Shown here piece after piece: positions 24,622 to 39,099 of a stretch of DNA of 64,000 nt (position 1 is its first letter; each line of letters starts with the position of its first letter). Both the position numbers and the translations under genes were made by a program. Under the pieces are notes generated by a model, which was given only the letters and a program-made list of their open reading frames with translations, did no database searches and had not been told where the DNA came from. Source of the stretch: Blastocladiella emersonii ATCC 22665 (Eukaryota > Fungi > Blastocladiomycota); the NCBI GenBank assembly GCA_025594325.1, contig JANHCV010000017.1:62001-126000 (forward strand). The letters run 5' to 3'.

Positions 24622-27430
24622 ATGACCCGCACCTTCTTGCATGACTCGCCGCCCGAGCCGCACGCCCTCGGCCCGCGCGCCCTGTCGCCACCCGCGCTGC
24701 CCGTGCTGCCGCCGGCAACGGTGACGGTGACGACGGCCTCCGCCTCGGCCACCCTCTACCACCAGGAGCGCATCACCCTCGAGTCCGCCAACGTCACGGA
24801 AACCGCGCTCGCCTTCATCCGCACCGAGCACACCCACTCGCGCGCGCAGGCGCCGGCTCCTGCGGCCCCGCCTCTGCACCCGTCGCTGCAGCCGCTTCTC
24901 ACGGCGCTGCCGACCTCGGCGCGACTGGCGCCACCTTCGCCCAAATCGCCCATCGACAGCGGCGTCACGCTCCTGTCCTCGTCCGCCCACTCGCAGTCGC
25001 GCTCCCGCGCACGATCGCACTCCAAGAGCGCGAGCCATCCAAACGCCGCGTGTAGCGGCAGCGAGTGGAGCGGCACCACTTCCGCCTCCGCCTCCGCGTC
25101 GATGGCCGCCCATTCGAACCTCTCGAACGTGTCGGTGGCGGCCCCGTCGAACAGTAGCCCTCTGCCGCCTGCTCCCGCACCACCGTCGCTCCCCACGCTC
25201 GCGCACCACCACCCGCCGCCTTCAGACTATCCGGATTCTTTGTCTCGCCATAGTCTCGCGGCCGCCGACGGGCACATGGCGTCGGCGGCGGAGCTCGCCG
25301 TTTTCAGCAGTATGCTCGACCTGCCGCACTCCAACGGTGTGCCCCTGTGCGAATCGCCGCCCTCCTTGTCGGATGACGAGGACGAAGCTGGCGCCGCCGC
25401 TGGCGGGCCGGGACCCGCTGGAACGGTCGAGATCCACCCGCCGCCTGCTCCACCCGTCGCGCTGCGCACGATCCGCGTCACGAGCGAGTCTTCCGTCTCG
25501 GTTGCGTCGCACCCACCGACTTCGTCTTCAGCCGGCAGCTCGCCCGCCGCGCCCACGTTCCGCCACGGCCGCCGTGCCTCGGCCCCGCTCCTCCCTTCGC
25601 GATCGGGGGTCCCGTCCGCCAGCGGGTCGCGCTCCAACAGCCTGCTGTTCAGCTCACCTCCCACGTCGGCCGAGGGCCTCCCACCCGGGCTCGCCAATCA
25701 CCCGGCCTTTGCGAACGCGAGCGAAAACTCTAATCCGGCGCCACCTGCGACCAACGGCGCGCCTGGCCCGGGGCCGGGCACCGGTTCCCGCCGCCCCGCT
25801 GGGACCGCGAGTCCAGGCCACGCCCACCGCGGCAGCGTGGGTGGGGCGTCGCTGCACCGGCGCATCCTGCGGCAGCGGTACGCGCAGCTCGCGGCGACGC
25901 TCGGCACGCACGACATTGACAACCCGCAGCAGGCCGCGTACGTGTTTATGCTGCACCTGCTCACGGGCATCCGCGTGTGCGTGTCGCGCGGCGAGGCAGC
26001 GGCGGCAGCGGCCGGTGGCAGTGCCCTGGGGGCATCGCAGCCGCCGCTCACGCGCGCCGACTTTGACGCTCGGCACAAGCTCGCCAGCGACGAGACGGGC
26101 GCCGAACTCCCGCCGCACTCGGGGCGGTACGACTTCAAGTTCAAGGACTACGGGCCGCGCGTGTTCCGCGCGATTCGCGAAGCGTTCGGGGTGGCGGCGC
26201 CCGACTACCTGCACTCGCTGACGGGCAAGTACGTGTTGGCGGCGGTTCGGTCGCCGGGCAAGTCGGCGTCGACGCTCTACTTTTCGCACGACTACCGGTA
26301 CATTATCAAGACGATCCGCGGGCCCGAGAAGAAGGCGTTGCTGCGGATCCTGCCGGCGTACGTGGAGCACGTCCGGCGATACCCGGACACGCTGCTGGCG
26401 CGGTTCTACGGGCTGCACCGGCTCAAGGCGCCCGAGGTCGGGCCCAAGGCGGTGCACGTCATTGTCATGGCCAACGTGTTCCCGCCCAACTACGACATCC
26501 ACGCCAAGTTCGACCTCAAGGGGTCGACGGCGGGGCGGGCGGCGGCGGACGCGGACACGAACCCGCACGCGGTGCTCAAGGATCTCGACTGGCTGCGGGA
26601 TCCGGCGCGGCGCATGCACCTCGGCCCGCGGCGCGCGGCAGCGTTTGTGGCGCAGCTCGAGCGCGACGTGCTGTTCCTCATGGCGTGCAAGCTCATGGAC
26701 TACTCGCTGCTGGTCGGGATCCACGACCTGCGGCGCGGGAACGCGGTCCCGGGCTTCGGCATGGGTCCAGGCGCGGGCGGCGAAAACCCCGGGTCGTGGC
26801 CGGCGACGCCGCAGCAGGCGGCCCAGTCGACGCCGTCAAGTCCGGCGAGCGCGACCGTGGGCGGTGGCGATGAGTCGAGCCGCGGCGCCCTGCAGGTTCT
26901 CATGGTGCGTCGCTGTCTCCTCCCTTGCACAATTCGAAACGGAAGACTGACCCTCACACGGTGCGTGTAGGCCCCCGACGTGTTTGCGGGCATGGACGGG
27001 GCGCGCGCGGCCGAGGCGGGCCAGGCGGGCGGGGCGGGGCGGCCGGTGGTGCGGATCAACACGGTGAGCGAGCTGCAGCTGCCCGAGAACAACGTGCAGG
27101 CGCGCAGCAGCATCTTCTTCTGCGACCACGGCGGCATGCGGTCGGCCAACGAGCGCGACGTGCCGGGCCCCGACGTGTACTTTGTGTCGATCATCGACAT
27201 TCTCACGCCGTACAACTGGACCAAGCGGCTCGAGCACCTCGTCAAGTCGGTGACGGACGACCGGGTGCGTGGCGGCGCTGCCTCCGTGAGCGGGCCGTGG
27301 CCGTGGCCGTGGCCGTGGCGGGAGCTAACCCGCGGCTCGAACGCGCGTGTAGAGGCAAATCTCGGCGGTGCGGCCCCTCGCGTACGGGCGGCGGTTCCTG
27401 CGCTTTGTCAAGGAGCGCGTGCTGGGCTAA
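24622..27430 (+). CDS. MSS4: Phosphatidylinositol-4-phosphate 5-kinase (Mss4/Its3-like)
   Basis: LTGIRVCVSR, FKFKDYGPRVF, GKSASTLYFSHDYRYIIKTI, DLKGS, MDYSLLVGIHD and SIIDILTPY; long low-complexity N-terminus. The start codon is uncertain. Confidence 0.88.
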
Positions 27431-27674
27431 TAGGAGCTAGGAGAGCTAGGAGCGAGTATTCTGGTGCCTGTGGGCCTGCCTGTGGGCGAGGGGAGTCAGG
27501 CCACACGTGAATGCACCCAGCGCGACTCGGTGACGCAAGGCCGCGATAAGCTACCGCTTCATTAATTCGTCAGCCGACCAATTTTCTCGCGAGTACAAAA
27601 GGGACGCCCTCCCGCCCCGCTTGTCGCTCCGCCTGGTTCCCTCCGCTGAATCCAACGCGCCCCCCACACTTGCA

Positions 27675-28979
27675 ATGTCATCGACCACCGCCGCCGCCTT
27701 CACGACCAAGCCCGCTGCGGCTGCCGTGCCCGCCCCCGTCGAGATCACCATCAAGGAGCAGCCGCACGCGCTCGCGGCGCCCGCGGCCGGCGACGACGAC
27801 GACGTGGCCATGGGCTCGGCGCCCGCGTCGCTCAAGGAGTTTGAGGCGGCCGCCACCGACGACGTGCGCATCGACGGCTACGACCCGCGTACGTGTGTCC
27901 CCGCTGGCGACTGGGCGGCTGGCTCCCTCCCCCACTAACACCCGGCGGCGCACCACGTAGTGATCCAGCCCGCGCTCCTGGCGGCCGAGATCCCGCTCAC
28001 GGCCAACGCCAAGCGCACCGTGGTGGCGGGCCGCGCGCAGGCGGCGCAGATCCTGGCGGGCGCCGACGACCGGTTGCTCGTCGTGGTCGGCCCGTGCAGC
28101 GTGCACGACGTCGAGGCCGGGCGCGAGTACGCGGCGCGGCTGCTGGCCGTGGCCAAGCGGCTGCAGCGCGACGTGTGCATCGTGATGCGCACCTACTTTG
28201 AGAAGCCGCGCACCACGGTCGGGTGGAAGGGCCTCATCAACGACCCGGACCTCGACGGCTCGTTCCAGATCAACAAGGGCCTGCGCATCGCCCGCAAGTT
28301 CCTCGCCGACGTGACCGACTCGGGCATGCCCGTCGCGATTGAGCTGCTCGACACCATCTCGCCGCAGTACCTCGCCGACCTCTTCTCGTACGGCGCGATC
28401 GGTGCGCGCACCACCGAGTCGCAGCTGCACCGCGAGCTCGCCTCGGGCGTCTCGTTCCCCGTCGGCTTCAAGAACGGCACCGACGGCCGCCTCGGCATCG
28501 CCATCGACGCCATCGTCTCGGCCGCCCACCCGCACCACTTCCTCGGCGTCACCAAGCACGGCAACGCCGCCATCACCCGCACCCGCGGCAACGAGTGGGG
28601 CCACGCCATCCTGCGCGGCGGCGCGGGCGGCACCAACTACGACGAGGACTCGGTGCGCGCCGCCGCCGCCGCCCTCGCCAAGGCCGACCTGGCCCACCCG
28701 CGCGTCATGGTCGACTGCTCGCACGGCAACTCGCGCAAGGTGCACACCAACCAGATCGCCGTCGCCGACGAGGTGGCGCGCCAGGTCGCCCACGGGTCCA
28801 CCCACATCTTTGCGGTAATGCTCGAGTCTTTCCTTGTCGAGGGACGCCAGAACCACCCCGAGGTCTACGGCAAGTCCATCACCGACGCGTGCCTGTCGTG
28901 GGACCAGACGGTCCCCGTGCTCGAGCGCCTCGCCGAGGCCGTCCGTGCCCGCCGCGCCCGCCTCTCGGCCTTCCACTGA
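27675..28979 (+). CDS. ARO4: DAHP synthase class I-alpha (Aro4-like)
   Basis: VVVGPCSVHD, MRTYFEKPRTTVGWKGLINDP, GAIGARTTESQLHRELASG and DCSHGNS. HFLGVTKHG matches the Tyr-sensitive Aro4 G226 pattern; intron 27890-27960 (approximate). Confidence 0.93.
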
Positions 28980-29254
28980 GCCGCTCCTTGCCGTGCGGGT
29001 GCTCCCTCCTGTCCTGTTCTGTCCTCCGAGGCCGTCCGCGCTCGCCGCGCCCGCTCCGTCCTGTCCTGTCTGCTCCCGCCCTGCCCCTGTGTACCATATC
29101 AACCAATAGTCATTATCATTAGCTCGTGCCCCTCCTGATCGTTCCTGGCCGCTTCGCGACGCGCCCACGTGACGGCGCCGCGCACTGCAGTCGGCCACCG
29201 CCTTCCGACCTGCTCTCTCCTCCCGGCCTGTGAGAGCAACCAACCGCAATTGCC

Positions 29255-31929
<2,675 letters not shown>

Positions 31930-32019
31930 CTGTTTGGAAATATGCGAAATGTATTCACGTTCAAAACTATGGATTGAACGCGACGAGGGAGGTCTAACGA
32001 AGAGCGATGCGAGGCCGGC

Positions 32020-33132
32020 TCAGTCGCGCTTCTTGGGCTTGCGCTTGCCGACGGCGGGCGAGCGTGTTGCCGTCGTCGCGGCAGCCAGATCGGCGGCTTC
32101 GACGGCGGCGGGAGCGGCGAGTGGAGGCTCGGCCTTGGCCTTGTTCGCTGCCGCCTTGGCCTTGCCCGCCTTCTTGCCGTAGCTCTCGAGGGCGATGCCG
32201 GCAAAGACGACGAGGACGCTGGCCCACTGTCCGAGCGAGAGGTGGTGGCTGTAGGTGACAACGGACAGGATGATGGAGAACATCTTGCGGGTGACGGTGA
32301 TGGTGACGAGCGACAGGGAGCCGAAGCGGGCGAGGGTGTGGAAGATGAAGACCTGGCCAGTCGCGCCGGCGAGCGCAAAGAGGAGAATGTCGGTGAGGAC
32401 GGCGGGGTGGCGGGCGACAAAGTCGGCGGCGACGGCGGGCTCGTTGTTGGAGACGGCGGGGACGGCGAGGTAGGCGACCATGAGCAGGGCGGCGGCGAGG
32501 TTCATCGTGACCATCATCTGCTGGCCAGTGACCTTGAAGGCGCGGAACATGGCGTCCTGGGTCGAGTTGGTGAGGCCGTCGATGGCGAGGTTGATGCTGA
32601 GCAGGAACAGGCCCCACAGCGACGAGGAGGCGGCGCCGCGCTTGGCCTTGCCGGCGGGGGCCTCCTGGTCGTGCAGCAGCATGAAGGCGGAGACGCCGAG
32701 CGTGACGAGGGCGACGGCGGCGTACTGGTGGCGCGGGAACGAGGCGCGGTGGACGAGCACGCTCATGGCCATGACGGGGAGCAGCTTGCACGACTTGCCG
32801 AGGATCATGGTCGGGTAGTCGATGTACTTGAGCGAGGCGTAGCCGAAGGGCGACGCCAGGCTGTTGAGCACGGCGACGAGCCCGTAGGCGCGCAGCACGG
32901 GCCACCCGCGCGGGCCGAGCGACTGCCCGCGCGCCACGAGGTACACGGTGCCGACGGCGGCCGCGAGCGCCGCCTGGCACAGGTTCATGACGATGAACGA
33001 CCGGAAGAACTCGGGCGCGCCGCCCGCGCCGGCGCCGCCGTACGGCGTGGTCGTGACGCGCTCCTGCAGCACGCCCCACGTCAGGAAGCACGTGTAGATG
33101 CCCGCGACGCAGAACCCGTATTCGAGCAGCAT
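32020..33132 (-). CDS. HUT1: UDP-galactose transporter homolog (SLC35B1/Hut1), intronless
   Basis: GIYTCFLTWGVLQER, YIDYPTMILGKSCKLLPVM, DGLTNSTQD, GQVFIFHTLARFGSL and VTRKMFSI; C-terminal KKRD is a KKxx ER-retrieval motif. Confidence 0.92.
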   Translation of the reverse strand: MLLEYGFCVAGIYTCFLTWGVLQERVTTTPYGGAGAGGAPEFFRSFIVMNLCQAALAAAVGTVYLVARGQSLGPRGWPVLRAYGLVAVLNSLASPFGYASLKYIDYPTMILGKSCKLLPVMAMSVLVHRASFPRHQYAAVALVTLGVSAFMLLHDQEAPAGKAKRGAASSSLWGLFLLSINLAIDGLTNSTQDAMFRAFKVTGQQMMVTMNLAAALLMVAYLAVPAVSNNEPAVAADFVARHPAVLTDILLFALAGATGQVFIFHTLARFGSLSLVTITVTRKMFSIILSVVTYSHHLSLGQWASVLVVFAGIALESYGKKAGKAKAAANKAKAEPPLAAPAAVEAADLAAATTATRSPAVGKRKPKKRD

Positions 33133-33361
33133 GGTGTCGATGGCGTTGCAGTTGGCGAGTGTTTGGAGGAGAGGGGATTCGGCAGAGGTGGGGCGAAGGG
33201 GAGCAGCAGCGAGCGATCGGCGCGCGCGGACGCCGCAGGCGCCCACCCGCTCGCACGCACGTGGCCGGCCGGGGGCACGCGGACATGACCGCCGCGACCT
33301 GCCTGACGCCGCTCACAAGAGATCGGGCGAACTGAGAATCAATTGGTATTCGTGATATACT

Positions 33362-36300
33362 TCAAACACGGTCGCCATCGTCATTGCTGCCCGAGAGGTA
33401 CAGATCGCGGAAGAAGGCGTTGCCCTTGGGCGCCGCGGCGCTGCTGTCCGTCGTAGTCGCGGCCGATGGCTTGGGTGCGGCGGCGACGACGACGCGGCGC
33501 TTGGGCTTGGCCTTGGCGTGCGCTGGGACAGGCACTGCCGTCGCCGCGGAGGGAGCGGCGGGGACCGGGACTGCCGCTGAGCCCGTCGCCGTCGCCGCCT
33601 TCGTGACCGCGGATCCGCTGCCGGGCGGCCGCTTGACCTCGGCGTGCAGCCGGTACCCGCCAACCTCGCGCCCGTTGAGCGCCAGCGCCGCCGCCGCCGC
33701 CGCGTGCCGGTCGCTGCCGAACGTCAGGATCCGCGACCCGTCGTCGCGCACAAACACGCTCGTCAGCTCGCCCTCGACGTACCGCGACCAGTCGACCGGG
33801 TCCGCCGCCGCCTTGGCCTCGCTGCCGTCCGCGCCCACCGCCGCCGGCACGGGGAGCCCGCGCACAAACACCTTGCACGCCGCCCGCGCCGCCGCCTTGT
33901 CCGCCTCGGCCCGCGCGTCGCGGTGCTTGGCCACCGCCGCCGCCCGCAGCGTCCGCTCCGCCTCGCGGTCCGCGCGCGCGTGCTGGTCCGCCCGGATCCG
34001 CGCCGCCTGGTGCTCCCCCGCCGCGCCGCCGGCCCGCGTCGCACGCGCCACCGACACGCTGAGCGGGCGGCCCTCAAACGCGTGCTTGTCGAGGCTCGCC
34101 ACGGCCGCTGCCGCCGCAGACTCGTCGGCGAACGTCACGAACGCAATCCCGCGCGGCTTGCCCGCCGGGTCGCGCGGCAGCCGCAGGTCCGTGACCGTGC
34201 CGTGCTGCGCAAACAGCGCGCGGACCGCCGCCTCGGTCGCCGAGAAGGCCAGGTTCGCCACGAACAGGACCCGCGGGTCGTAGTCGCGCACCCGCGTGCC
34301 CGCCACGACGGGGACCGCGGGCTCGGCGCTGTTCGGACCGCTGCTGGCATCGCTGCTACTCTGCGTGGGGTGGCCTGCGACGGCGGCAGCCGCTTGCGCG
34401 AGAGGGGACGCCGTGCTGCGGGTAGCGCTCGGGCCCTCGGACTTGCGCTTGGCGGGATCCGACAGCGCAACCGACATGGCGCGCCCACCCTCGCCCAGCA
34501 CCGTCCCGTCAAGGGCCGCCACGGCGGCGCGCGCGGCGTCGCTCGTCGCCATCTCGACGTACCCGAACCCCTTGGACTCGCCAAACTTGGTCCGCATCAG
34601 CCGCACGTCCACCACCACTGCCTCGTCACCGTCACCCGCGCCGCCCGTGGTACTCGCAAACGCGGCGCGCACCTCGTCCTCGGTCACCCGCTTGCCGAGG
34701 TTGGCGACAAACAGCGTACGGCGGTCGGCGTCGGCCGCCGCAAACACGGCGTGCTTGACCTCCTTCTCGGCCGCGATCCGCGCCACGGCCGCCTCCTTTT
34801 CGGCCCGCAGCACCGCCAGCGGGTCGAACTGCGCGCCCACCGCCATCTCGAGCTGCAGCGGGCGGTCGCCGCTCCCGGCCAGCCGCAGGCTGTGGCGGAA
34901 CCGGAACACCTCGACCAGCGACTCTTGCTGGCGGAACAGGATGAACGCCTGCGTCTGCTCCCCGCCGCTGCTGCTGCCGCTGCCGCTGCCGTCCGCGGGC
35001 GGGGAGGACGAGGCGGCGGTGGGCGGGAACCGGATCTCCTGGATCGCGCCGAGGGGTTCGAGCAGTAGCCGCAGCGCGCCCTCGTTGGCGGGTACGACGT
35101 GCTTGACGACGAGCGTGCGATCGAGCTTGGCCTGCCGCGCCGCCGCATCGGGGGCATCCACCGACCGCGGCTTCTTGGCGGCATGCTCGCGCGAGGCTGC
35201 GTCACCCTCGCCCTCGCCCTCGTCGGCGGCCCGCTTGCGCTTGGCCTTGGTCTTGGTCTCGGACTGCACGGCAACCGCCTCCTCACCGGCCGGTGACGAG
35301 CCGGCGGCGGTACTCGCGGCACCAGCGGTAGCGGATGCGTAGTAGTCGCTGTAGTACTGGTCCATGACCTCGAGCTGCGAGTGCAGCGTCTCGACCTGGC
35401 GCAGCGACCCGTCGACGAGCTCCCACTCGCGCCACGCGGCGAGGACGGCGCGCGGATCGTCGGTCACGGCCGCCTGCGCCGACTCGAAGACGGACCGGAT
35501 GCGGTGCTGCGCGATATCGTTCGACTCGGCAGCCTGCGCAATGAGGGCGCGGGCGATGCGGAGCCACGGTGCGGCTACTGCGCACGGGGCGTCGCGGAGC
35601 CGCTGGATGGCCGCGTCGACCGCGTCCGCCACTGCGCCTGCTGAAGCAGAGCCGGAGGTGGCAAGGAGCGCCTCGACGATGGCAGGCTCGAGCGAAAAGT
35701 CGGAGCTCGGGACGTCGCCGAACCGCTCGCTGCGCGCGGCCACAAGTGTCATCACACGGTCGGCGAGACTAGCACTCGACGGCGCCGTGCTACCAGCGCG
35801 GTAACAGCGGCGCAGGCACAGGATCGCCTCGACGAGGATGCGGTCGGCCGCCTCGACCGACTTTGCCACGTCGACCGCCCGCTGCGCCTCGGCGACCACG
35901 TCGGCAGGGTCGTCGAGAGCGCGCAGCAGGTGCATGCCGATCTCGCGCGCCGTGGGGCACGCGGCGACGGCACGGCGCAGCACGCAGTGGACGGTAGCGG
36001 GGTCGAGCGGCGGGTCGGCGACCTTGGCCCAGTGCGCGTACGTCGCCCACAGGCACGTGCGCGACGACGGCGTGGGGGCGAGCTCCGCGACGGCGCGCTC
36101 GAGGAACCCAGCCACGGCGCGCTGCGGGAGCACGGCTGAGACGGCGCGCAGGTACATGTGGACGGTGCCCGTGGTGTCGTCGCCCGCTGCAACGGCGGCT
36201 GCGAGGGGCGCCTCGTACGCCGTCTGCCACTCGGCGGCGTACGCGAGCGCCTCCTGGAACCGGGCGTTGGCCGCGGCGAGGTGGGACTCGAAGGAGTGCG

Positions 36301-37138
36301 CGGTATCTTCGGAGCGCGCGGCGACCTGCGACTCGAAGCGCGTGTACTCGGTCATGGTGTCGTTGAGGTCTACGTACACGGTTGCGAGAGCGCGGTGGGG
36401 TCAGCACATCTGCTGGGTCATGAACCGTGTTGGAGCACGCACGCGGGCCAGGAATCCACAGGCGGTCATGGTACAGCTGGCGGATGGTCTCGTCCGACGC
36501 CCTAGCAGAGGTATCGAGTGAGCGAGCGCCCTGTGACAGCCACGACGGCGGATCACGCCACGCACCCGCTCCTGCGCGTCAGGTGCAGCAGAATCGCCCA
36601 CAGCTCGTGGCCGCGCGTGAAGTGCGCCTGGTGCATGTCGGCGGCGCGCGCGACGGCGGCGAGGCAGGCGCCGGGCCACGCGAGCGGCGGGCGCACGTCG
36701 TCGGCCGACTCGGGCGCCTCGGCGAGCACCTCGAGGTAGTCGTCGACGCAGGTGGCGAGGAAGGTGCAGTACCGGATCCACACGTCAAAGGCTACGCGCG
36801 GCGTCGCGGTGTCGGTCAGTGTCGGCGCGCGCGTACGCCGTGCGGGAGAACACCGGCGACAACGTACACGGGCAGAGCTCGACGGCGCGCGCAAACAGCG
36901 CGGCGAGGACGGGCGGCGGCGTGTCGAGGCGCGCCTCGTCGTCGAGCCAGCGGGTCCACTGGTCTTTGGACGGGTACACGCGGGGGACGGCGGGTCAGCG
37001 CGTCGTCGTGGCCGCCGTGGCCGTGTGCGTCAGCGCCGTCGCACCGCTGGTCAGCACCGGGATCCGCGACGGGTCGGCGCGCAGCTCCTCGCGCCGCGCC
37101 TGCGGCATGTCCATGGGCTCCATTGCAGCAGGTTCCAT
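33362..37138 (-). CDS. PRP24: U4/U6 recycling factor Prp24/SART3 (HAT repeats + 4 RRMs + Lsm-binding motif)
   Basis: Spliced N-terminus PVLTSDQWTRWLDDE..FDVWIRY, HAT-like helices, RRMs (RRTLFVANL..SKGFGYVE; VLFVANL..PRGIAFVTF) and C-terminal KGNAFFRDLYL. Confidence 0.8.
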
Positions 37139-37555
37139 CGTCGTCGTCGGCGACGCGTCGTTGGTGGCGGTGAGACACGCGAGAGGGGATGCCGACTCAC
37201 GCGCCGCCGGGCGCCACGCTGCACGCGCACGCCGTCGCACTCGCCACTCGCACTTCGCGGCCGCCGCCGTGAGCACGCACGCGTCCACGACGGCGACGAC
37301 AACGCGTCCGGCACGACCCGCGGCGGCTCCCCCCGCACCGCTTGTCTGATCCACGGCTTATCTTGCGCCATCATCCACTTCCGCGGCCCTCGCGCTCGTT
37401 CGTGGTGGCGGCGGCGGCGAACAGGCGGCCTCGGAAATAGGACTCTGCCGCGGCGGCGGCACACGAGCGAGCGCCAGGGTACAAAAGCGCGCCGCCGCCG
37501 CCCTCGTCCTCCTCGTCTCTCCCTCATCGCAACAACCGCACTGCGCTGCACTCGA

Positions 37556-38005
37556 ATGAACATGACGACCACCGCATCCACCACCACCGGGACCGCCCAG
37601 TGGCCGCACCCCATCACCAGCTACGACGTGCACATCTACTGGCTGCCCAGCAGCAAGGCCCAGCGCGCCGAGGCCATGGCGCTCAAGGACACGGCCGCGG
37701 CGCTCTTCCCGCAGCTGTGGCACGGCAAGATGTGGGACCGCCCCGTCGGCCCGCACCCGTACTCCATGTTCGAGATCGACATCCACAACTGCGCCGACTT
37801 TGCCGCCTTTGTGCCGTGGCTCGCCCTCCACCACGGCAGCCTGTCGGTCCTGATCCACCCGCAGACGGGCGACGACGTGGCCGACCACACCAAGCACGCC
37901 CTGTGGCTCGGCCAGCCCGTGCCGCTCGACATTGGCCTGCTCGCCGAGTTCCAGCAGAAGCAGCAGGCTGCCGCTACTACCGAGGCCGGTGCTGCTTCGT
38001 CCTGA
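37556..38005 (+). CDS. DOPA 4,5-dioxygenase family protein (Amanita DODA type), intronless
   Basis: SYDVHIYW, RPVGPHPYSMFEI, FVPWLALHHGSLSVLIHPQTG and DHTKHALWLGQPVPLD. Confidence 0.9.
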   Translation: MNMTTTASTTTGTAQWPHPITSYDVHIYWLPSSKAQRAEAMALKDTAAALFPQLWHGKMWDRPVGPHPYSMFEIDIHNCADFAAFVPWLALHHGSLSVLIHPQTGDDVADHTKHALWLGQPVPLDIGLLAEFQQKQQAAATTEAGAASS

Positions 38006-38101
38006 GCCGCCGGGCCGAGGATCCGACGAGCCGCTGACGGGCAGAGCATAGACGCATGGTCGCCGTGTACATACATATATATCCCTCATCTTCATGTCCC
38101 T

Positions 38102-39099
38102 CTAGTCCCCGAGCAGCTCTATGGCGTGCACGGCCTCGAGCCAAAAGTCTTCACACGCGAGGTCGGCCGTCGCCACGAGCGCCGCGAACACGCTGCCCGC
38201 AAGCTCGATGGGCAGGCCGCGGTACAGCGCCGCGAGCATGCGCCGCCAGAGCGAGGCTGTGGGCGGGCCGCCCTCCTCGCGGACTAGCGTCGCCAGGCAC
38301 GCAGCGATCTCCTCTGGGTACGCAGTGCCGCGTGTAAGGACCACGTACCTCGTGTCGTCTGCCGCCGCCCGCGAATCGAGTGCGAGCCGTACGGCAGCCG
38401 TGTTCAGCGGGACCGCGACCGCGCGCACGGCAACCTCCACGGCGAGCGCGAGGCCAAAGTAGCCCGCAAGCGAGCGAGTGCCGAGGCTGCCGTCGCGCGC
38501 TACAACGAGCGGCTTGAGCATGGCGCGAATGGCCGCGAGGACGGCGGGCGCGGCAAACTGCGCAGCCAGCGGAATGAGGAGCGGGCCGTGGGCGCGCGCG
38601 TAGGGTCGTTCGGCGCGGACGTGCTCCGCTGCCGTCGCGATCAGTCCCTTGGGCGGCCGCGCGGACAGGATCCGGCGTGTGCTTGCGACGGCGAGCGGGG
38701 CGAACACGAGCGTGTGGACCGCACCGTTCACTGCAGCGGCGGCGACCGCGACCACGGCGCCGGTCCGCGTGTGGGGTGGCGGTGCAGCAGCACGGCCGTG
38801 ACGGGTACGAAAAGCGAGGCGGTCGCCAGCTGGGCGACCGATCCGGGCAGCGAGCGGTACAGTCCGCGCACGCCGAACCGGGCGTACATGCCGCGCAGCG
38901 TCGCAACGAAGCCGGCGCCCGTTGCTAAGCGCCCGTCGCGCTTGCTTGTAACGGCCCACGTCCGGTGCTCGGCGCGCATCAGCGTCAGGACCGTCTCGAC
39001 GGGCGCCGTCACCGCCAACAGGAGGGGTGTGGCGGTCAGGACGGCAGCGCCGATGATTACTACGAGCTGCCGCGCGGTGTCTGGTTGCACAAGTTCCAT
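38102..39099 (-). pseudogene. Divergent mitochondrial carrier (SLC25) split by a one-base frameshift
   Basis: Three degenerate carrier repeats (APVETV..G.RGLYR; APLAVA; VPLNTA..ALYRG). The frame switches near the G4 run at 38773-38776, and I found no intron that restores it. Confidence 0.6.

Noticed and set aside
26245-26290. PIP5K G-loop variant GKSASTLY (versus GKSGSFFY) as a pseudokinase sign
   Set aside because: The catalytic Lys (IKTI), DLKGS, MDYSLL and IIDIL are all intact, so it is likely an active kinase.
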